Of a stretch of 64,000 bases of DNA, positions 19,935 to 30,600 are shown in pieces. Under the pieces are notes generated by a model. The model saw only the letters and a program-made list of their open reading frames with translations, was not told where the DNA came from and did no database searches. The DNA lies in contig CAVYRW010000004.1 in NCBI GenBank assembly GCA_963771045.1, positions 1,408,001-1,472,000 on the forward strand, in the 5' to 3' direction. The first letter of the stretch is position 1. Every line of letters begins with the position of its first letter. This stretch comes from Waddliaceae bacterium. Its GTDB lineage: Bacteria; Chlamydiota; Chlamydiia; Chlamydiales; SLFE01. A program made the translations under genes and the position numbers.

Positions 19935-20735
19935 AAAGCAGGACTCCAGAAATGAGACGCCGGATCCATTGTCCAGCGGTGTTCATCGGTAAAAACCGGA
20001 ACCGTGTAGCGGCTGTTCGGCAAGTGGCGGATAACCCAGATATAATACATTCCATAACCCGGCGCAGAACACTGCGAGTGGTCGAGTTCATCGAGAATTT
20101 TTAGCGTATCACCGGGCCTCACCTTATATACATCTTCACCGAGCTCGGCATGCCCATAGCCGTGGGGATTGGTAAAACGGTAGTGGTAAATTTCCGGCTG
20201 CGGGTGATGATGAGGAGGATAGCTCGACCAGCGGCCGGGAAAGTTGACGACTTCTCCAAGGACAAGCTGAGTGTCGGGATGGCTGTTTGATCTGTCGAAT
20301 ATAGTCCTGACGAATCTTAGAGGAAGCATTATCGACAAGCCCCTTTCCTCTATGCTCATCCTCAGTATCATCAGGAAGTAAAAACAGCAGTTGGAAAGGG
20401 CCTTTCATTGGGAGTTTGGAATCTGGCGGCTTCGCAATCGGTTATCGCCTCTAACCTAACGGGGGTATTAGCAGAAACATGAATGGCAAACGGCTGCTCG
20501 TCGAAGAGCGAATTCCTGCTGTTTTCATAGACATTGCGTCCCTTGCGAAAATTCTGATCTTTCCGTCCAAATGGAGACAGGCCATTTCCATTGGTGAGGT
20601 GAGATCAATCGAGTCTCCTGCCTTTAACTTGACAATCGAAAACGCGATGCCTGTGTTGTCTTTAGGATCACTTTCTGTCGTGATATTGGTGATCCCAAAG
20701 GGAAACCCTTCCCTGAATTTTGTAATATGGCGCAT
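19931..20735 (-). CDS. iolB: 5-Deoxy-glucuronate isomerase, frameshifted
   Basis: N-terminal piece 20451..20735 plus C-terminal piece with WSSYPPHHHPQPEIYHY and APGYGMYYIW. Confidence 0.82.
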
Positions 20736-20789
20736 TAAAACTCCCTGCTGCTATCTTTTGTAATCTATACAGGAAATTTTTTAAAGAAT

Positions 20790-21677
20790 TTATATAGATC
20801 TGTCTAGCAAGCGGGAGAAATTCTTTGCGAAGGCTTTGACATCAAATGCCGCCTCGACTTCAACCCACGGTATGATCCCCGCTTTCCATGCAGGAGGAGT
20901 GAATTTCTTGATTCGATAAATAGTTTTGATAAACATTTCGGCAATTGACGGATCCCCTCTGAACCATGGCTTCGCTTTGCATATCCACCAAAAAATCTCG
21001 CCTAGCTTTTTATCCAAAGAGACCTGGTCCTCAATCCGCATCGCTTTTTGATAAAGCTCGTCGACATAATCGAAAATTTCATTCGCATGTATTTGAACTT
21101 GCATGAATGATATACTTTTCTCTTTTTCAGAGAAAAAAAAGAGAGTCGAATGCGATTTATTTTTAATATATCCGTAAGATTGTATTGTTATTTTCGTCTT
21201 ACAGCTTTTTCTTTTAAAAAATTTTGTCTCGCACTCATCGGCGCATAAAGTTTCAACCCTTTTAGCTAATTCTTTGTATCGATTTTGCAATTTGGTCTTC
21301 ATGCGGACCTCGCTTTCTTGAATTTTATGCTTTCGAATGCTCAGGCCATAGTCATCAAAATTTAGATGGCCTAGTTTAACTGCCATCACATGCCTAAAAT
21401 ATGCCAACACTGCCAAAGTTTGCCGAAAAGTCCATCCTTTTTTCAAAATTCCTTTTTGAGCCATCAAAGTTCCTGAGCGCATATAGGAACCAAAGTACTT
21501 TTGGTTATTTTTTTCCTGTCCATATATTTTAACGTTTTCCCAACTCCTTTCTCGAATCACATAGCGCCTCCAGTATACCTTCGAATTTTTTTTAGGAAAC
21601 CGCCTGCTAAATTTCTCAAAATCGATCAGAGTACCGAAATCCAGTATAAAGTCCCGTTTGGGTCCGTTGAACGCCAT
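20790..21677 (-). CDS. Hypothetical protein with C-terminal AvrB/Fido-like motif; start uncertain (frame stays open about 70 codons upstream)
   Basis: LGEIFWWICKAKPWFRGDPSIAEM resembles the AvrB-type xxPxxRGSAAxxE loop. Confidence 0.5.
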   Translation of the reverse strand: MAFNGPKRDFILDFGTLIDFEKFSRRFPKKNSKVYWRRYVIRERSWENVKIYGQEKNNQKYFGSYMRSGTLMAQKGILKKGWTFRQTLAVLAYFRHVMAVKLGHLNFDDYGLSIRKHKIQESEVRMKTKLQNRYKELAKRVETLCADECETKFFKRKSCKTKITIQSYGYIKNKSHSTLFFFSEKEKSISFMQVQIHANEIFDYVDELYQKAMRIEDQVSLDKKLGEIFWWICKAKPWFRGDPSIAEMFIKTIYRIKKFTPPAWKAGIIPWVEVEAAFDVKAFAKNFSRLLDRSI

Positions 21678-21856
21678 CGCTGTACGAAGTGCTATGATAC
21701 TGCGTTCTGGGACCTTGTGGATATTTTCTTCTTTAACAAAGTCGCTAAGTTCATATTTTTCAAGGAGCAGGATCTCAGTTTCTGAATAGCCAAGTTTAAA
21801 TAACTTAGTAGGCAGTAGCGGGTAAAATCCTTTTCTGTTATCAGCTTCATTGATGC

Positions 21857-23056
21857 ATGAAGCTGATAGATTATCCCCGAAGAAGAGCAGAGGTCATAAT
21901 GATGGCCCTTTTCTTCCTTTGCGGATTTTCAACGGTTCTGAATACAATTTTAGCTCCTTATCTGAAGTCTGCCTTGAATTTGAGCTATACTTCGATTGCT
22001 GCGGTTTATATCAGTTTTTATCTGGCTTACCTGATTGTGTCTCCCATTGCCGGCAATCTCCTCTGTAGAGGGAAAATTCGTCAAGGATTTCGGGTGTCTC
22101 TTCTCTTTTCTGCGGCAGGCTCTCTTTCCATATCAATTGGCGGACTGGATGACTCATTCATACTCATCCTCCTTGGAATTTTCGTCATGGCAAGCGGAAT
22201 CGCTGCTTTGCAGGTCACAGCCAACCCCTATATCGTCTTTCTGGGAACCGCGGAGACAGCAGGCGTACGACTCACTTTTTTACAAGGATTCTTTGCGCTT
22301 GGCACCGTCGCCGCTCCTTTTACCGGTTCTCTTTTAATATTAGCAAATTTAAATGATCTGCCTCTAGCAAAACCTTATCTTATTTTGTCGGGTTGTTGGG
22401 CAGCGGCGTGGCTTGTGTCCGAGCTGTTTCCCTTCCCCGAAGTCAAGAAATTAAGCGATTTTGATGATGATAAAAATCCTCCTGCGTTAAAAGATCCGAT
22501 TGTCCTGATCGGAATGGCTATGGTGGCGATTGCCGTCGGCGTTGAAATCTCAGTGGGGAATTTTGTCATTCCTCTTCTGACGGATGAAGAAAGCTTTAGC
22601 CTCAGCCTTGACGCTGCGGGACAAATGGCCATGCTCTACTGGATCGGCTTTATGTTGGGCCGATTTTTTTGCCCGCTGTTCTTAAAGGCCTATCCTGCAA
22701 GAAGGGTTCTTTTCTGGCACGGCGTTGCCGGACTTTTGTTCGGACTCATAGCCGGTTTCGGCAGCGGAGCAGCATCGGCCTATTCCGCCCTTGCCCTCGG
22801 CGTGTGCACTTCAATTCTCTTTCCGGTCATCTTTACACTCATCATGGAAGAGAGCCGCTCGTCGAAAATGCAAATCTCCGGTCTATTGATGATGGCCAAT
22901 ATCGGAGGGGCCGCGATTCCTTTTCTTCAGGGAATTGCGGCCGATCTGATCGGGATTCATCTCTCTTTTGCCGTTCCCGCGGCCTGCTTCCTAGCTGTCG
23001 CTTTCTTCTCTTTGCGAAGACCGGTTTTTTTTCGGCGCGAAAATTGTGAGCTTTAG
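21857..23056 (+). CDS. MFS sugar:H+ symporter (FucP/GluP-like)
   Basis: About 12 hydrophobic segments; LQVTANPY, VGVEIS, YWIGFMLGRF, SILFPVIF, GGAAIP. Confidence 0.85.
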   Translation: MKLIDYPRRRAEVIMMALFFLCGFSTVLNTILAPYLKSALNLSYTSIAAVYISFYLAYLIVSPIAGNLLCRGKIRQGFRVSLLFSAAGSLSISIGGLDDSFILILLGIFVMASGIAALQVTANPYIVFLGTAETAGVRLTFLQGFFALGTVAAPFTGSLLILANLNDLPLAKPYLILSGCWAAAWLVSELFPFPEVKKLSDFDDDKNPPALKDPIVLIGMAMVAIAVGVEISVGNFVIPLLTDEESFSLSLDAAGQMAMLYWIGFMLGRFFCPLFLKAYPARRVLFWHGVAGLLFGLIAGFGSGAASAYSALALGVCTSILFPVIFTLIMEESRSSKMQISGLLMMANIGGAAIPFLQGIAADLIGIHLSFAVPAACFLAVAFFSLRRPVFFRRENCEL

Positions 23057-23697
23057 CTTGTTTGAAGAATCTTCTCCCTCTTCCTGAGGCTTTTCGAACG
23101 TTGTCGTCAGGGTATAATTTTTCCTACTGAGTTCTTCTTTAGTAAATCTCTTCAGCACTCTTATTGATACCGGGTCTTTTGGGTAAACTGCCCATTGATA
23201 AGCATCGGGATCTTTTTTTATGCGCTCTCCAACCTCGGCTGATAAAAGTTTTTGCTGCCTTTAATTTCATTGTCAACCCGAATCATAAGCGCGGTTTTGT
23301 TCAACCTGTCCCAGGCCCATCCGCGCTTTTTCAGCGTAATTTTTTGAGCAGTATCGGGTTCGGTTTCGTCAATACCAATCGTCATGGTCATCTGTTTTTG
23401 AAGAATCATATTCGATTCATCAATTCTCAACGTTAATGCCATGCTTTTAAATGAGTCTTTTAAAAAGTCGCGAATTTCAGTATAAAAGTTTGGGTCAATG
23501 GTGAGTTTTAACTGCCAAATATTGGTTTTAACTTCGTCGGTTTCGGTCATATAATCCGTCAATAAACCCGTCTTGAAGATCGTGCTATCTATCTTATCCA
23601 TGATATTTTGATATTTCTCTGCCAAGACTCTTTTTCTCTGTTCGGCAGCCGCCTCAAAGGGAGTCGCTTTCTGAGAACTGAGTATATTGTTAATCAT
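22991..23697 (-). CDS. Hypothetical protein, probably frameshifted at an A-run near 23250
   Basis: 159-aa ORF 23218..23697; a second frame continues KLLSAEVGERIKKDPDAYQW...REESDS* to 22991. Confidence 0.5.
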
Positions 23698-23803
23698 AAA
23701 AACCTCCGTTTAGATCCTAAAGGACTTATAATAAATCTCCTGATTAAATGCCAATGATTTGCAAGGTGAAATCAACCTCTCCCCGCAAAAAAAGCAGTGA
23801 CGT

Positions 23804-24565
23804 TTACAAACTAACCGTACTTCCACCATCGAGTGCAATGACTGTTCCAGTGATCCAGGAAGACTCATCCGAGGCTAAAAAGACTGCCGTGGAAGCAATG
23901 TCTTCGGGAGTGCCTCCCCGACCAAGCGGAATGGTTTTGACAATCTCGTCCCATTCTTTTGAGCGCTGGGTTGCCCGCTCTTCGTTCATTCCGGCGGCGA
24001 TGTAACCCGGGGCGATGGCATTCACCCGAATTTTCTTCCCGGCCAGATCAAGAGCCGAGCTCTCAGTCACCATATTGAGGCAGGCTTTAGAACTGCAGTA
24101 TCCGAGCCTCTCCTTTATCCCCCGCAGTCCCGCAATGGAAGAAATATTGATGATGCTTCCGGGAATTTTCTTCTCGACCATATGCTTTACGGCGAGCTGT
24201 GAAAGGCGCAAGGGAATTGCCGCGTTGATATTGATAATGCGGATAAAATCATCAGAAGAGATATCGAAAATGGAGCTGCGCAAAGCAGAGCCCGCATTAT
24301 TAACCAAAATATCAACTTGCCCTAAAAAGTCGAGAGAACTTTGGATAAACGACTCGCATTGCCCGTCTTCAAGAAAATCCGCATGCAAAGCAAGCCCCTT
24401 TCTGCCGGTTTTTTTTATCGCCTCAAGAGTTCTATTGGCTCCCTCTTCATTACTTCTAAAGCTGAAGGCGACATCGGCCCCTTCTTTTGCCAAGGCAATC
24501 GCTATCGCCTGTCCAATAGACTGACTTGCGCCTGTGACAATAGCCTTTTTCCCTTCTAATCTCAT
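23804..24565 (-). CDS. Short-chain dehydrogenase/reductase
   Basis: TGASQSIG, VNNAG, YCSSK, IRVNAIAPG, DGG. Confidence 0.92.
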   Translation of the reverse strand: MRLEGKKAIVTGASQSIGQAIAIALAKEGADVAFSFRSNEEGANRTLEAIKKTGRKGLALHADFLEDGQCESFIQSSLDFLGQVDILVNNAGSALRSSIFDISSDDFIRIININAAIPLRLSQLAVKHMVEKKIPGSIINISSIAGLRGIKERLGYCSSKACLNMVTESSALDLAGKKIRVNAIAPGYIAAGMNEERATQRSKEWDEIVKTIPLGRGGTPEDIASTAVFLASDESSWITGTVIALDGGSTVSL

Positions 24566-24566
24566 A

Positions 24567-25566
24567 TTAACCGCCTTTCTTTAACATTTCTTTTATCACT
24601 TCAATCACTTTTTCCGGATTATCGTAGTGGATAAAATGGCCGCTCTCTTCAAGAGTTGTCTGACGCCCGTTTGTCGATTCTTTGGCAAGCTTTTGATGCA
24701 TATTCACGATGTTAGCATGCAAAATATCGATTTCTTTCTTGCTGATATTGGGAATGACTAGCTTTTCCCTGCCGGATGTCAGCACAGAAACAGGAATAGA
24801 ACCAAGGCCGCTGTTTAATTCCCTCATTTGCTGCAGGCTTTCGATAAAACCTGCATCCTCCCTGTAGGCTGCCGACAAAGTTTTATGCTCGGAATGATTC
24901 GCTTGATAGATTTTTTTGATATCCTCGGGAAGCTTTGGAAACTTATGGGCAATGAAATTGCGGCTTAAAGCCCGGTGCAAACCCGATTTTGCCAGAAAAA
25001 GATACAAGCTGCCCCAAAGGTTTTGAGCGGGATTGGATACCTTGACCGGAAAAAAAGCGATCATATCTTCATGGGAAGGGTCCAGCAGCACGAGACCCGC
25101 CACCTCATCCGGAAAGAGCGCCGCAAAGAGGCGCATATTGAGTCCCCCAAAAGCATGCCCCACCAAAATATATGGAGGTGTTTCTCCGGCCTTTTTAAGC
25201 AGCTCGTGCAGCTCCCAAACAATATCGAGGCTCGTCCGGGACTGCTCCCGCCTTTTCGCTCCAACCATAGCCCGGGCGGTCGTAGCTGCACGTTTTCGTG
25301 ACCTTTGAAATCTCTTCCTGAATTTCATGCCAGTCCAAGGATTGAAATCCGAGACCCGAGTCAAACACGACCGTGGGCGATCCTGTTCCCTGGCAATGAA
25401 TATGGATTTTCCGCCCTTTCACCTCGATGAGCTCGCCCGGAGGAGGGGAGCGATAATAGCCGCCGATAATGCTGTCAAAAACCCTTCCGACACCGAAGAA
25501 TGCCATACTGATGATGACAATGATCGCAAGAATTTGAATAAAGAGTTTCCAGCCGGTTTTAAACAT
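24567..25566 (-). CDS. Membrane-anchored alpha/beta hydrolase, frameshifted near 25245
   Basis: N-terminal TM and YDRPGYGWS in one frame; VGHAFGG and SGHFIH in the other. Confidence 0.78.
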
Positions 25567-25580
25567 TATGATGATTATAG

Positions 25581-25626
25581 CCCAACCCGCATTTCTTACG
25601 CCAACTCGTAAGAAATGCGGGTTGGG
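25581..25626. repeat. Perfect 20-bp inverted repeat with 6-nt loop
   Basis: CCCAACCCGCATTTCTTACG-CCAACT-CGTAAGAAATGCGGGTTGGG between divergent genes. Confidence 0.9.
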
Positions 25627-25662
25627 ATTTATTTTTATTCATTCCCATGGCAGGATAAAGTG

Positions 25663-26647
25663 ATGCGAGCCATGGTTTTAAAGCAATCGAAAACTCCTCT
25701 TGTCCTTGAGGATCTGGAGATTCCCGAGCCGAGAGAGGGGCAGATACGCGTGAAAGTATCGGCATGCGGCATCTGCCGCACCGATCTGCATGTCGTAGAC
25801 GGCGAGTTGACAGAGCCGAAACTCCCACTTGTTCCCGGCCATCAGATTATCGGCACCGTTGATAAACTTGGCGATGGCGTCGGCCGTGTAAAAATTGGAG
25901 ATCGGATAGGAGTCCCCTGGCTGGGAAAAAGCTGCGGAAAATGCCGCTACTGCCAAGAAGGGCGGGAAAACCTCTGCGATAACGCCCTCTATACCGGCTA
26001 CCTGATCGACGGCGGATTTGCCGAGTATTGCCTCGCCTATGAAGAATTTAGCTTTCCCATTTCCAAAGACTACCCCGACCTGCAGGCCGCCCCCCTCATG
26101 TGCGCCGGCCTGATCGGATACCGCTCTTACCGCAAAACCGACGGCGCAAAAAAGCTTGGCTTTTATGGATTCGGTTCCGCGGCCCACATTATCACGCAGG
26201 TAGCTGCATACGACAACAAGGAGGTTTACGCCTTCACCCGCCCCGGTGATACGAATGGGCAGGAATTCGCAAAAAAACTCGGCGCTGCCTGGGCCGGAGG
26301 CTCGGATGAATTTCCGCCGGAAAAGCTGGACGCCGCCATCATTTTCGCCCCTGTAGGAGGACTTGTCCCCGCCGCCCTAAAAGCTGTCTGTAAAGGCGGC
26401 ATCGTCGTCTTGCGCCGGCATTTACATGAGCGATATCCCGAGCTTTCCCTACAAAGACCTTTGGGAAGAAAGGGAAATTCGCTCTGTTGCCAACCTCACC
26501 CGAAAAGACGGAGAGGAATTTCTTGCTCTGGCCCCAAAAATCCCCATAAAAACCGAAGTGACCACCTACCCCTTAGAAAAAGCCAATGAAGCGCTAGACG
26601 ATTTAAGAAACGGCCGCTTCAGCGGCTCGGCGGTCATTCAACTTTAA
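25663..26647 (+). CDS. Zinc-dependent alcohol dehydrogenase, frameshifted by an extra T near 26410
   Basis: CGICRTDLH, PGHQ, CGKCRYC..NLC, CAGLIGY; removing one T restores GIVVCAGIYMSDIP. Confidence 0.87.
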
Positions 26648-26692
26648 ATTAGCACCCTATTAACTTTGCATTGATGAGGTACTAGTGCTCTG

Positions 26693-27160
26693 TCAACCAT
26701 AAATGAAGAGGGCCCAGTTGAGCGACGCGGCGTAAACGACCCATGCGAAGTAGGGAACAAGCAGGACTGCCGCCCATTTCCGATATGCCCAAAACACGAG
26801 TATATTTAAAAGTATCAGGCAGCTAAGAAGCGTGAGGGCCATTAAAGCAAGGGATGGGTTCTGCCAGGCGAAATAAATCCACCACCATGAGGCGTTGAGA
26901 AGCAGCTGCACAAAGTAAACCATCATAGGAAAGATGAGGTCTGGACCCTCGGCGCTTATCCAGACAAGCCAGCCGGAGATGGCCACAAGGCCATAGACAA
27001 CCAGCCATGACGGCGGAATCAGCCAGGCGGTCTGACCCCAAAAAATGTGGGAAAATTTCTTGATCCAACCATGCGGCGTGAGGCCGGTAGCCCATCCCCC
27101 AATCAACAAAATGAGCAGGACAAAACAAATAAACACTATCAGCGAAGTTAATTTTTGCAT
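26693..27160 (-). CDS. tspO: TspO/MBR family protein
   Basis: Trp-rich, about 5 TM; QLLLNASWWWIYF, LLVPYFAWVVYAASLN. Confidence 0.85.
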   Translation of the reverse strand: MQKLTSLIVFICFVLLILLIGGWATGLTPHGWIKKFSHIFWGQTAWLIPPSWLVVYGLVAISGWLVWISAEGPDLIFPMMVYFVQLLLNASWWWIYFAWQNPSLALMALTLLSCLILLNILVFWAYRKWAAVLLVPYFAWVVYAASLNWALFIYG

Positions 27161-27161
27161 T

Positions 27162-27647
27162 TCAATCTCCTATCAAATCGTAAAGAGCTACGACAAAATT
27201 GATCGACATCGCAAATGACACCCAGATCAAATAGGGAATCAAAAGAATGGAGGCCCAGGGATTGTATTTCCAGAAGACGGTAATATTGGCGATAATGGCA
27301 AAAAATAATAAGATAATGACGATAAATCCGTAAACGGTATTTTCCATGGCAAAAAACAGCCACGGCCAAAGGGCATTGAAAAATAGCTGTACAGCATAGA
27401 TAACAAGAGGAAATGTGTCTTCGCCTCCGCGCACCTTAAGCCAAACCATCCATCCCGAAACGGCGATCATGATATAAAGAACTGTCCAGACAGGGCCAAA
27501 CGCCCAATTGGGCGGTCCCCATTCGGGCTTCTTGAGCTGAGCATACCAGTTGTCGACAGAAATATTTGTCGCTATAGACCCTTGATAGCCGATCGCAAAG
27601 ACAACTGCTAAAAATATGAGGAGACCTGTCCATTTATTGACTTTCAT
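27162..27647 (-). CDS. tspO: TspO/MBR family protein
   Basis: WYAQLKKPEWGPPNWAFGPVWTVLY, LLIPYLIWVSFA. Confidence 0.9.
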   Translation of the reverse strand: MKVNKWTGLLIFLAVVFAIGYQGSIATNISVDNWYAQLKKPEWGPPNWAFGPVWTVLYIMIAVSGWMVWLKVRGGEDTFPLVIYAVQLFFNALWPWLFFAMENTVYGFIVIILLFFAIIANITVFWKYNPWASILLIPYLIWVSFAMSINFVVALYDLIGD

Positions 27648-30600
27648 ATCCCCCGCCTCCCGGTGTGTGTATTTCCAAAATATCCCCCGCCTCAATCGAC
27701 ACTTGCGCCAGAGAGGGAAGTTCTTCAACTGTTCCGGATTTTCTCTTTAGCAAATTTTTTCCCTTCTCTGCCGGATTTCCCCCTTTGAGACCGAAGGGAG
27801 CCTTCGCCCTTCTCTGCGTTAGAAGGGTGCATTCCACCGGCTCTAAAAATTCAATCTCCCGAATGATGCCGTCGCCGCCCGAAGTGCGCCCGGAGCCTCC
27901 GGAACCTCTTCGCACTTGAAACCGCCGAATCAAAACGGGATATCGCTGCTCCATCACTTCCGGGTCGGTGATGCGGGTATTGGTCATATGTGTATGGACT
28001 GCAGAAGCGCCGTTAAAACCCGGGCCGGCTCCCGCTCCCCCTCCAATCGTTTCATAATAACTGAAGGAGTCATTTCCAAAGACCACATTATTCATGGTCC
28101 CCTGGGAGGCCGCCGCAACGCCTAAAGCTCCGAAAACAACGTCGACAACTCTTTGCGACACTTCGACGTTGCCTCCTGAAACAGCGACATCTTTCTCCGG
28201 ATTTAAAAGGCCGCGGGGGATAATCAGCTTAACCGGCGCCATAACGCCGGAGTTTAGCGGAATTTCTTCTTGAATAAGGCATCTAAGGCAATAGAGGACA
28301 ACGCTTCGGACAATGGAATAATTGGCGTTGAGGCATCCGGGATGCTCGGGGGAGGAGCCGCTGAAGTCGACGTCCATTTCCGAACCTTTTATCGTGATGG
28401 CCACGCAAATGGCAGAGCCGCCATCAAGACAATCGTCAAAACGATAGCACCCGTCAGCAAGCAGCGATATCGCCTTCCGCGTTTTGTCCTCGGCCATCTC
28501 GCAAAGATAGTCCATATAAGAACCGACAACATCCCAGGAGTGGGTCTCGATCATTTCTTTCAGGTCCCTCTCCCCGATATGATTGGCGGCAATCTGCGCG
28601 CGGATATCGGCGATATTTTCATCGGGAGCGCGGGAGGGATAAGGGGCCTCGGTCAAGTGGCGATAGAGCGTTTCTTCGTCGAAATGCCCCCCTCTGACAA
28701 GCCGCAAATTTTGAAAGACTACCCCTTCTTCTTTGAGCGATGACGCAAACGGATAAAACGATCCCGGCGCCGCCCCGCCGATTTCGGCGTGATGGGCCCT
28801 TGAGGCGGTAAAAAAGCAGAGGTCATCTTCAATAAAGACCGGCGTCATCACGGTCAAGTCGGGCAAATGCGATCCCCCTTTTCGGGGATCGTTTGACAGA
28901 TACACATCCCCCGGCTTGATATCCTGAACATCTTTCATCAATGATTTGACCGACTCGCCCATAGCTCCGAGATGAATCGGAATGTGCGGCGCATTGACAA
29001 CAAGGTTTCCCTTGCGGTCCAAGATGGCGCAGCTAAAATCGAGCCGTTCTTTCACATTTGTCGACAGCGACGATTTCTGCAGCACCGCTCCCATTTGCGT
29101 GGCAATATGAGTAAACTGGTTGCTAAATAGTTCAAGACGAATGGGATCTTTTCGGGTCGAGCGATCGACATTGCCAAGATACTCATCGCATGTCAGAACA
29201 AGATCTCCCCGCCTAGCCACTTTAGCTTTCCAACCGGGATCGACAACGATTGTGGAAAACGGTTCAGAGATAATTGCCGGTCCCGTTATTTCTGTACCAA
29301 AAGAGAGGTCTGTGCGTTCATAGAGAGGCGTTTCATATTCTTTGCTAAAAAAGATGCAGATTTTTGTTTGCCGGGGCTTGGGTGAGAAACCATTTTTGTC
29401 AGAAACGGGAAACGAAAATTTCTCTGTCTTGCCAATGACTTCAACGCGGCAGGCGGCAATCTCCACAGCCCTTCCGCTCAGCTCGTGCCCGTAAAGCTGG
29501 AGGTGCAGCCGCTTAAAATCTGATAAAAACTTCTCATAATTATTGCCTCGGACTGTGATCACGGAGTCTTCCCCGCAATACCTTAGGTCGAGCATTCTTA
29601 TAGGCTGCTCAATACAATCTGGCGCTACCCCTTCGGCGGCCACTTCTTTTTTGAGCTTTCTTTCAAAGCCTGCAAACGTCTCTTCCAGATCTTTGAGCGA
29701 TCCTTTGGTGAAGGGCTGTAGTACACTTGTTTCGGCAAAACGCTTCACATCGGCCATGCCGATTCCAAATGCGCTCAAAATACCTGCAAATGGATGATGC
29801 AAAACTGTCTTCATTCCAAGAGCCGATGCAAGTGCTGATGCATGTTGGGAACCGGCGCCGCCGAAAGAGACCAGGGCATAGTCTGCGGGATCATACCCTT
29901 TAGCGCTGCTAATGGTTTTAATCGCGCTTGCCATTGAGTGATTGGCGACATCGGTAAAGCCTTGAGTGATTTCTTTCAAAGAGAGATCTTGACCGGTTTC
30001 TTTCTTGATTTTATCGGCAATGTTTTCAAGCTCCCTTTTAGCGGCCTTTGCGTCCAGGGGGAACGGAAAGCGTTTTTCATCAATTTTTCCGTTAAACAAA
30101 TTGATATCGGTCATTGTCAAAGGCCCCCCTCTGCCATAGCAGGCAGGCCCCGGATCGGCGCCGGCGCTTTCGGGGCCGACTGAGAGTTTTTGTCCGTCAA
30201 AGCGGCAAATGGAACCGCCCCCTGCCGCGACCGTCTCTATCGCATACATCGGAGAAGAGATTCTCACGCCTGCCTTCTTTAACGAGAACTGATATTCGTA
30301 GTGCCCGTCAAAGCGGCTCACATCGGTCGATGTTCCTCCCATATCAAAGCCGATGCACTTGTCAAATCCTGCCTCCCTAGCAACATGGACGAAACCGACA
30401 ACGCCTCCAGCCGGCCCGCTGAGCAGGCTGTCCTTTCCGACAAATTTATGGGCATCGGTCAGCCCTCCCGCGGATGTCATCATCTTAAACCCGCATGAAG
30501 GAATCTTTTGATGTATAGATTGGATGTAGTCGTTTAAGACAGGTGAGAGGTAAGCGTCGACAACGGCCGTTTCGGCTCTGTCTAAGGCTTTAATCATCGG

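Noticed and set aside
17998..20091. ORFs of 359, 225, 315 and 87 aa as separate genes
   Set aside because: Successive frameshifted pieces of iolC and the iolD start
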